Positions 57,167 to 64,000 of a DNA stretch of 64,000 nt are shown here, in pieces; the stretch's first letter is position 1, and each line of letters starts with the position of its first letter. The DNA is taken from contig SOJZ01000005.1 of the NCBI GenBank assembly GCA_004376295.1, positions 110,554 to 174,553 of the forward strand, written 5' to 3'. The stretch comes from Candidatus Bathyarchaeota archaeon (lineage in GTDB: Archaea; Thermoproteota; Bathyarchaeia; Bathyarchaeales; Bathyarchaeaceae). A program made the translations under genes and the position numbers. The notes beneath the pieces are model-generated. The model had not been told where the DNA came from. It did no database searches and saw only the letters and a program-made list of their open reading frames with translations.

Positions 57167-57911
57167 AGAGTCGGATATTATCATGTCAAGTGCCGGTGCT
57201 ATGGAAGGATGCAAGATGGAGTTGAAGCAGATTTACAACAAATGGTACTTTGAACGTAAATACAGGTATTCAAAGAAGAAGAACGCCATTCAACATCACT
57301 ATTTTAGCATGCTTGTATGGGCGAACAGGCACTCACCTTGGAATCTATTAAATGGATGTGGGAAAAAGGCATTAGACATTGGCTGTGCTTATGGCTTCAT
57401 CACTGATCTACTTAGTAGGTTGGGATATGAAGCCATAGGAATAGATGTCTCAAAGTATGCTGTCATGAGAGGGGGAGAATTTGGCATGAAGGATTTACTT
57501 GTATCTGACGTTTCACATCCGCCGTTCAAAGCCATGTCCTTCGATCTGATAACATGCTTTGAAGTACTTGAGCATTTACCAGATCCTACTTCCGCATTAA
57601 CTGGCATTTACGAGCTTCTTGATTCACAAGGAATTTTCCTCGCCATAACACCTAGCGTAGGCAGTGTGGCTACTGCCATCGGCGTATTATCCCGAGAAAA
57701 CCCCTCCATCCACCCATCCGTTAAGCCTCCAAACGAGTGGATTGAAACCTTATCAAACCTCCAATTTTCGAGGATTAAGCTTGAGCCTTTCCTATTGCTA
57801 CCGATGCCTCCAACGTTACTTAACAGGTACTTCATGGTTAAACGTACTTCACGTTTTGCAAGCCATGTTAGAATTCTCGCCATAAAGCCTTCAGCGGAGG
57901 AGAACAGGTAA
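57144..57911 (+). CDS. class I SAM-dependent methyltransferase
   Basis: Motif I ALDIGCAYGFITDLLSRLGYEAIGIDVS, and motif II FDLITCFEVLEHL. The start is uncertain, with in-frame ATGs at 57156 and later. Confidence 0.8.
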   Translation: MDGGMKSKESDIIMSSAGAMEGCKMELKQIYNKWYFERKYRYSKKKNAIQHHYFSMLVWANRHSPWNLLNGCGKKALDIGCAYGFITDLLSRLGYEAIGIDVSKYAVMRGGEFGMKDLLVSDVSHPPFKAMSFDLITCFEVLEHLPDPTSALTGIYELLDSQGIFLAITPSVGSVATAIGVLSRENPSIHPSVKPPNEWIETLSNLQFSRIKLEPFLLLPMPPTLLNRYFMVKRTSRFASHVRILAIKPSAEENR

Positions 57912-59068
57912 TGCAAAGTGGGGTTCTGTTGGACGCCCTTCTAAGCAATGTTAGGAATTTACCGTTTAACCTCGAATTCGCTGTAACGAATAAATGCAAT
58001 CTGAGGTGCGTGCAATGCAATGTTTGGCGATATTATAACGAGGACCCTGAAAAATCTCGAGAAGAGTTAACGGTGGAAGAGATCGAAAATATATTTTCAT
58101 CATATAACGGCTTTAGCATGATCGGCATCACCGGTGGTGAGCCGTTTTTAAGAGAAGACTTGCCCGAAATAGTCAGCGTCATAAGCCGAACCCAGAGAAA
58201 GTTAAGGATGCTGTTTATAACAACTAATGGGCAACTTCCTGAAACGACTGAAAGAAAGCTCCGAGAAATTTTAGAGAATAGAGATGCCAATGGACGCAGA
58301 TTTAGATTAGTGCAGCTAGTTAGTTTAGATGGTCCTAGAAACCTGCATAATTACATCCGCAGCAATGAGAAGGCATATGATAGAGTCATCAACACCATTA
58401 AATTGCTGTCCGAGTTAAGGTCTGTTTATGATATTTTCGATCTAGGAACAGTGACTGTTTGCTCTCCATTTAACATCGATAAATTTGATGAAGTGATTAG
58501 CGAGATTGCAAAATTAAAGAATGAATATGATCTGGAGCCTAGCTTCTGCGTGTGGTTCAAGGGCCGATTATACAAGAACATAAAAAGCCAAGAAGACGTT
58601 GAAAAGTTTAGGAGAAAACTAATTGATTTAATCCCGGAAATTAAGGGAGTTGTTAAGAAAAGGAAGTCCTTACTCTCGACGGGCAGATGCGTTTTTTATG
58701 ACCTGCTTAATTCTTGGCTGGAAAACCCAACAAAACAGGTTGTCCCATGCGGCGCCGCTAAGGTTAGATACGTCCTTGATACCTATGGAAACGTCTATCC
58801 ATGCACCATCTTCAACGCCGCCATAGGAAATCTGCGTCATTACAACTACAGCCTCATAGAGCTCTTTTCTAGCAACAGAAGAAGAAAGGTTAGGCTTCTC
58901 GTTGAAAGAGAAGGTTGTCCGATATGCTGCAATACATGCGAAACGATCCCGGCTATGATGGCGTATCCCCTTCACACGCTCATCAAATGGATAAACTCGA
59001 GCGCTTTGGGATTTAATAGGCCTCACGATTCACGGAAAGAATGTAAGACGCAAAGGTGTTTCCTATGA
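57911..59068 (+). CDS. radical SAM enzyme with a C-terminal SPASM/twitch-like Cys cluster
   Basis: CNLRCVQCNVW (CxxxCxxC), GGEPFL, and C-terminal CGAAKVRYVLDTYGNVYPC ... CPICCNTCE. A TAATG overlap joins it to the methyltransferase. Confidence 0.85.
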   Translation: MQSGVLLDALLSNVRNLPFNLEFAVTNKCNLRCVQCNVWRYYNEDPEKSREELTVEEIENIFSSYNGFSMIGITGGEPFLREDLPEIVSVISRTQRKLRMLFITTNGQLPETTERKLREILENRDANGRRFRLVQLVSLDGPRNLHNYIRSNEKAYDRVINTIKLLSELRSVYDIFDLGTVTVCSPFNIDKFDEVISEIAKLKNEYDLEPSFCVWFKGRLYKNIKSQEDVEKFRRKLIDLIPEIKGVVKKRKSLLSTGRCVFYDLLNSWLENPTKQVVPCGAAKVRYVLDTYGNVYPCTIFNAAIGNLRHYNYSLIELFSSNRRRKVRLLVEREGCPICCNTCETIPAMMAYPLHTLIKWINSSALGFNRPHDSRKECKTQRCFL

Positions 59069-60273
59069 AGTGTTGTGTGATTTCTCCGTATCCTCCTGAG
59101 GAGTGCGGAATTGCACTCTATACTTCTAAGCTAGTAGCCGAGCTGATCAAACACATTAACATCGCTATCCTAGCAAATAATAAAAATGGGCTAAGTAACA
59201 TGTCTACTGAAAGCGGTGTAAAAATTGTAAGATGCTGGCGCAGAAACAACCCGCTCTACCCTTTCCAGATAATGAAAGGCGTCTTGCACGAAAAACCTGA
59301 CGTGATCCATGTTCAGCACGAATACCTAGCCTACGGCGTTCGTAAATACGCCGTGTTATTCCCAGCATTGCTATGTCTTCTACGATTAGCCGGAAAACCC
59401 ATAATCGTGACTATGCATAGCGTATTACCAAAGAAAGAACTCACACGACGCTTTTTCGCGCTACACGGTGTGGGGTATAGGCTCGCCTTCGTCAAGAGAG
59501 CCTTTGCAATTTTAGTCACAAAATTGATTGGATGGCTTTCACATGCAACAATAGTCCACAACTGTTTCATGAAGGCCACTCTAATATCAGACTATTATTT
59601 TAAAAAGGAAAAGATTAACGTAATTCATCACGGTGTTGACGTACCTAATCCTCAGATTGAGGAAGACAAGGCCAAAATATCGCTAGGGTTAGCTGGTAAA
59701 AAAGTTGTATTATTCTTTGGCTTTATCATACCCGGGAAAGGTTTGGAATGTTTGATTAAAACTTTCTCGATGTTTTTAGAAGAAGCCCCTAACGCAACGC
59801 TGATGATCGCCGGAGAATACCATCCACGCCTCTCTAAAGAGAACCCCTCATACATGGGTACAATTGAAAGACTAATAAATGAGAAGAAGTTAGAGAAAAA
59901 AGTAGTTTTCAAGAACAGTTTTGTCCCTAACGAAGAACTCCATGCGTATATAGCGGCAGCAGATGTGATAGTTCTACCATACGTTGATGAAAGCATAGCT
60001 GGAGTGAGCGGCGCGCTGGCTACTTGTGCGCTTTTCAATAAGCCTGTTATTGCAACAGACATCCCGAGATTTGCTGGCGAAATAAAGAACGGAGTGAACG
60101 GCATCCTAGTTAAACCTAAGGACGAAGAGCAGCTTAGAAACGCGATGACGGCGCTAATGAGGGATGAAGATTTAAGAAAGAAACTCGGTAAAAATCTGCG
60201 CACATCGTTTCTAAAAAGGACATGGGATAAGATTGCATTGACGACTCTACAAATTTATGGACTCGACACTTAG
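59056..60273 (+). CDS. GT4-family glycosyltransferase
   Basis: ISPYPPEECGIALYTSKL, and the C-terminal E-x7-E region ALATCALFNKPVIATDIPRFAGEIKNGVNGILV. It overlaps the upstream gene by 13 nt. Confidence 0.85.
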   Translation: MFPMKCCVISPYPPEECGIALYTSKLVAELIKHINIAILANNKNGLSNMSTESGVKIVRCWRRNNPLYPFQIMKGVLHEKPDVIHVQHEYLAYGVRKYAVLFPALLCLLRLAGKPIIVTMHSVLPKKELTRRFFALHGVGYRLAFVKRAFAILVTKLIGWLSHATIVHNCFMKATLISDYYFKKEKINVIHHGVDVPNPQIEEDKAKISLGLAGKKVVLFFGFIIPGKGLECLIKTFSMFLEEAPNATLMIAGEYHPRLSKENPSYMGTIERLINEKKLEKKVVFKNSFVPNEELHAYIAAADVIVLPYVDESIAGVSGALATCALFNKPVIATDIPRFAGEIKNGVNGILVKPKDEEQLRNAMTALMRDEDLRKKLGKNLRTSFLKRTWDKIALTTLQIYGLDT

Positions 60274-60356
60274 GAGAATGCGTGTCCAGGGAATAGTATT
60301 TTGCCATCCGAAAAGAAGGGTTATATGAAAAATCATTCTTATGATTTACGCGCCAC

Positions 60357-61904
60357 TTGAAACCGAGGGTTAAGTATGAGCAGATGGTGGGAGAAGTGAG
60401 AAGGATCTTGTTGCTTGCAGTCGTTCTTTTCGTGTTGATACTGTCGTTCTTCTCTTATCAGCATTTTTTCGTTAAGCCGCCAAGTCCCTATCCACCCGGC
60501 ATGAGTGACGTAGACAAGGCAGCTATGAAAGCCGATGGCATTCAAGCCAACGAACTGAGAGAGGTGACGGACGCCCTAAAGAGGAATGACAGCGGAAAGG
60601 TGATCTACGGCGACCGCTTCATGCGTTGGACCGTTCTGGCTTACACGTTGTGGAGGGTAGATCAGGGCGACTTGACGATCATAAAGGCCATGGAAGACCT
60701 GATGATCTCTTATTATAACCATGCGTGGTACCCCTTTGTGAAGAATAGGCCACCGATGCCGTTCGAAGGTCTCATCCAATATTTTCGTGGCGATGGCACT
60801 TGGAAAGATTACTGGTGCGACTACAAGCCTGTCTACTCGGCTGCTTTCGTGCTCGAGTACTACTTGTTATCGTGCTTCGATCGGGAATGGGGTATCCAGA
60901 ACTATCCCATTCTAAAGAACGTCACGGACTCCCTGCTTAAGATGTGGCTACCTGGGCGCCATCAACCTTGCGCCTACGTAGACAGCGACGGCACAACGTT
61001 CCAGGTTATGAACATCACCTGCAGCGTTGACAGCGCTTTCGTTTACGCCGCCTTAATCTCCTCGTCTCAAATATCTAAAGTATTGATGAACGATACCCAT
61101 AGCTACGAGAACTATACCAGATATGCGAAGGACCTGATCACGCACTTCTACAACCAGACTTGGGATTGGTTTCCAACCAGCATTTTCGGTGCGAATCCGG
61201 AAGAAGAATACGGGACCGCGCTGCAAGTCGGTACGACCCTCCCGTTCATTGACGCGGACGATAAGATCGATCTATGCGAACGATATCTGGTCAACAACCT
61301 TCGCGTAGGGACGCCATGGCTACTGAAGTGGAAGAAAAGCGACACGTCTCCCAGCAGCCGCTCTGTCACGGCAGCCGCAGGGCTTGCGCTCAAGTATCCA
61401 CGAATCTCTTATGACATTTTGAACGCGTATGCCGATGCGGCGTTATCGAACGATCCCTGGTTCCTAACCGAAACCGATGAGTACGAAGGCGGAGATCCTA
61501 TTTGGGTTAGCGGTAAGTACCTGCAAACCTATGTGTTTCTGAAAAATCGAATGTTGACTGGCAGAATCCCCTTCTCACCAAAGCTGATGGGAGGGAGCCT
61601 CAGGTTTGAAACATCATTTCCGTCAGACCTACCCGGACTGCACCTAGTCAATGGCACCTTCCCGACGCTTCTAGGAATCATGGAAGTGAAAGCAAGCGTG
61701 ACAGAAAATGCCCTTAAATATGTTATCGCTGGAGCGCCACATCAGAACGTCACAGTCAAATTCCACGTTTCATTCGAACCAGATGTCTCATGCGACGCGA
61801 GCATGTGGGGTTACACTGACGATCGAAATATAAACGTCACAGTCGTCTGGTTCATACCGGACGGCATGGTTGAAATAGAGATCGAAAAACCATCCACACT
61901 CTAG
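60357..61904 (+). CDS. secreted/membrane-anchored helical-repeat protein, unknown function
   Basis: N-terminal anchor RRILLLAVVLFVLILSFFSY. Several N-x-S/T sequons and recurrent aromatic-rich helical segments are present. A more likely start is the ATG at 60384. Confidence 0.55.
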   Translation: MKPRVKYEQMVGEVRRILLLAVVLFVLILSFFSYQHFFVKPPSPYPPGMSDVDKAAMKADGIQANELREVTDALKRNDSGKVIYGDRFMRWTVLAYTLWRVDQGDLTIIKAMEDLMISYYNHAWYPFVKNRPPMPFEGLIQYFRGDGTWKDYWCDYKPVYSAAFVLEYYLLSCFDREWGIQNYPILKNVTDSLLKMWLPGRHQPCAYVDSDGTTFQVMNITCSVDSAFVYAALISSSQISKVLMNDTHSYENYTRYAKDLITHFYNQTWDWFPTSIFGANPEEEYGTALQVGTTLPFIDADDKIDLCERYLVNNLRVGTPWLLKWKKSDTSPSSRSVTAAAGLALKYPRISYDILNAYADAALSNDPWFLTETDEYEGGDPIWVSGKYLQTYVFLKNRMLTGRIPFSPKLMGGSLRFETSFPSDLPGLHLVNGTFPTLLGIMEVKASVTENALKYVIAGAPHQNVTVKFHVSFEPDVSCDASMWGYTDDRNINVTVVWFIPDGMVEIEIEKPSTL

Positions 61905-62021
61905 CACATCATTAGGATGTACCTAGGACATTAACAGAGAACAAAGTGCGCGCATTCGGTAATATTGATGCTGATTCTCACTAAATCTTACGATTCAATA
62001 CATTGTATTAGAAATCGGTCT

Positions 62022-63152
62022 TTACCACTTTAGCTTGTTGGAGAAAAGGGAGCGGAAGCGCGATCCTGGGTGTCGTCGGAGGAAGGCGCTTTCCACTCCC
62101 GTGAGGACAACCATGACGCTGGCGGTTCCCTTCAACGCCTTGTCCACCCTCGCCCCCCAGATAACCTTTGCCTTCGGTGGGATCGACCGCTTCACCAGCT
62201 CCCCTGCGTGATGGACATCTTGAAGACTCATGCCTTCTCCACCTGATACGTGGATCAGTACCCCGCGAGCCTTAGTGATGTCCTCTATGTCGAGCAGTCG
62301 CCCGTCTAACGCTCTCTCCACGGCTTGCTCTACTCTGCCGTCTCCATTCCCTTGTCCGACTCCTATCGAGGCGAGGCCGGCTCCCTTCATGATGGTGCGA
62401 AGGTCTGCGTAGTCCAGGTTGATGAGACTTGCGGTGGTGATGGTTTCAGTTATGCCTTTGATGAATTTTCCTATGGTTGTGTTGGCTACGCCTAGAGCCT
62501 TCCTGAAGGGTAGGTTTCCAGCGATCTTGATGAGTCTGTTGTTGTCGATAACTACCACAGTGTCGCAGGATTCTTGGAGTCGTTTTATGCCTTGTCTCGC
62601 AATCTTCATCCTCGCTGTTTCGATTTCGAAGGGGAGGGTAACCACCCCTATAATTAGGTTATGGATTTCTGGGGAGATTCGTCGGCGTAGCTCATCTGCT
62701 AAGGCGCAGGCGCCCCCGGTTCCTGTTCCTCCGCCCAATCCAGCCACTAGAAATATAATGTTTGCCCCAACGACTTCCTTGAAGACTTCGTCCATGGTTT
62801 CGTACATTGCCTGCTCCCCTAGTTTGGGATAGCCCCCGCATCCCAGTCCCTTTGTTATCTTTTCGCCTATCAGTATCTTCTTGTGGGCGACGCTCACAGC
62901 CAAATGGCTTGCGTCGGTGTTTATTGAGATGAGCTTTCCTCCAGCTACTTTTCTCTTCTTTACCCACGATATGACGTTGCTTCCGGCTCCTCCGATGCCT
63001 ACCGCTAAAACCGTGGGCCTGGAGATTTTCGCTATTTGCTCGATTCTTTTCTGTTCCATGGTGAGGAATTTTTGTCTTCTCAGTTCCCCGAGTTCAACCT
63101 CGTCTAATTCTAATTTTAATTTTCCCATATCGTTTCCCTTGTCCTTTAACAT
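62022..63152 (-). CDS. ftsZ: cell division GTPase FtsZ
   Basis: Contains GIGGAGSNVISW and the tubulin signature GLGGGTGTGGA, plus NTDASHL and VVIDNNRL. An alternative start is the ATG at 63128. Confidence 0.88.
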   Translation of the reverse strand: MLKDKGNDMGKLKLELDEVELGELRRQKFLTMEQKRIEQIAKISRPTVLAVGIGGAGSNVISWVKKRKVAGGKLISINTDASHLAVSVAHKKILIGEKITKGLGCGGYPKLGEQAMYETMDEVFKEVVGANIIFLVAGLGGGTGTGGACALADELRRRISPEIHNLIIGVVTLPFEIETARMKIARQGIKRLQESCDTVVVIDNNRLIKIAGNLPFRKALGVANTTIGKFIKGITETITTASLINLDYADLRTIMKGAGLASIGVGQGNGDGRVEQAVERALDGRLLDIEDITKARGVLIHVSGGEGMSLQDVHHAGELVKRSIPPKAKVIWGARVDKALKGTASVMVVLTGVESAFLRRHPGSRFRSLFSNKLKW

Positions 63153-63258
63153 CAGTATAAGCAGTATTAAATATTATGAATCACGACTCATTATTAAAAA
63201 AGACATATTTCATATTTCGAAATATTCGTTAAATCCTTTTGTTAAAATAGCCTAAACC

Positions 63259-63675
63259 ATGAGTAAGCTCAACTTAATGAAGCAATTCATGAACACGTTT
63301 GTGGGAAACGACCTCCACCTAGTCATCAAGGACAAAAACTACTTCCATGTCCACACGATTGAGATCATCCAGAAAACCGACGACTCCTGCCCCATCAAGG
63401 AGACCCCAGTGGGAGACTATTTCCTCCGTCTCTCGGTGAGGGATGAAAAAAGCAGGGAAGCCTCCATCTTATGCAACTGGAGCGAACAGCTCATACAAAA
63501 CCTGCTAGAACATTCCATTTCCGCCAGAGAGGCCGGGTACGCGGTCATCATGATGATTCGATCGCCCCTCAACGCAAACAGCTGGCTCTTACTCTGGGGA
63601 GACAAGCTGCAAAAGACAATAAGGACCGAAAATCCTATAGAAACCCCACCCATTACCATCGATTATATAGACTGA
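63259..63675 (+). CDS. hypothetical protein
   Basis: 138-aa ORF with an ATG start in a clean intergenic context. I recognised no family. Confidence 0.45.
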   Translation: MSKLNLMKQFMNTFVGNDLHLVIKDKNYFHVHTIEIIQKTDDSCPIKETPVGDYFLRLSVRDEKSREASILCNWSEQLIQNLLEHSISAREAGYAVIMMIRSPLNANSWLLLWGDKLQKTIRTENPIETPPITIDYID

Positions 63676-64000
63676 GGATCTCTATCGCCATATTGTGTCA
63701 TGGTTCGGCCTTAAGGATTTTATGAAAGAGATTCTTTCCCATCCCTCCCTTCTCTCCAATATTAGAATCAGAATTCATACAGGAAGAAAAAGTGGGATTT
63801 CGATGAATTATTTCATGAACAGAACAAAAGAAACCTGATTTCAAAGAAGGCTTTTAGAAAGGTTATTGATACACTGAAAGATGAAGGCAAAGTTATCGAA
63901 AAGCAAGGTAAGATTAAACTTGTTGACTAGAATGAACAAGTTACAGTTTGCTGAGACCAAATGTTGATGCACACATACTTTGATAAAGTGAGTTCCTTTG

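Noticed and set aside
45355-61904. Calling the region an integrated mobile element or genomic island with defined ends.
   Set aside because: I could find no integrase or recombinase, no direct repeat of the tRNA 3' end, and no phage, plasmid or transposon genes. Only the compositional heterogeneity is reported, as a finding.
63722-63930. Two short overlapping reading frames near the window end. They could be joined by a -1 shift at the A-run 63887-63891 into a ~70-aa wHTH-like protein ending KVIDTLKDEGKVIEKQGKIKLVD.
   Set aside because: Neither frame alone is a convincing gene, the slippery site is imperfect, and the hypothesis rests on one A5 run. It could equally be a decayed gene or a sequencing error.

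Overview
This is a densely packed archaeal chromosome segment with about 57 protein genes and one tRNA. I saw no rRNA, CRISPR array, transposase or integrase. The lineage is inferred, not demonstrated. Archaeal hallmark genes (ABCE1, archaeal-type TIM, bifunctional FBP aldolase/phosphatase, Cgi121, a DUF402/FAU-1-like protein), an FtsZ gene, frequent GGAGG Shine-Dalgarno sites and a tRNA with two bulge-helix-bulge introns point to an uncultured Thermoproteota/TACK-type archaeon, possibly Bathyarchaeia-like.

Contents from left to right:
- RNA and housekeeping genes (rtcA, htpX).
- A dispersed histidine-utilisation set (hutH, hutU, hutI, glutamate formimidoyltransferase), interleaved with two large predicted extracytoplasmic proteins.
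- A tRNA-modification cluster (Cgi121, YrdC/TsaC, THUMP) with a partial Cgi121 duplication.
- ABCE1 and tpiA.
- A glycogen cluster: debranching enzyme, GH57, NDP-sugar pyrophosphorylase and two glycogen-synthase-like glycosyltransferases (GTs).
- pfkA and fbp flanking a winged-helix regulator whose C-terminal domain is homologous to the C-terminus of the GH57 enzyme.
- tRNA-Arg(CCG) with two introns.

The most interesting region is a ~16 kb co-directional, overlap-coupled gene block at 46.0-61.9 kb, directly downstream of the tRNA. It encodes, in order:
- a ribbon-helix-helix (RHH) protein, an ExeA-like AAA+ ATPase and a KaiC-like ATPase with a basic triple repeat;
- a small exosortase/archaeosortase-like membrane protein and an adjacent secreted protein with a tripartite C-terminal sorting-signal-like tail;
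- a processive GT2 synthase interrupted by six SHOCT-like repeats, with two more at its C-terminus;
- a dolichyl-phosphate-sugar-synthase-like GT2, two GT-C-like membrane proteins, a methyltransferase, a radical SAM/SPASM enzyme, a GT4 and a secreted helical-repeat protein.

I read this block as a candidate archaeal counterpart of the bacterial exosortase/PEP-CTERM exopolysaccharide loci.

All functional calls rest on motifs read by eye and family knowledge recalled from memory. No database search was run.
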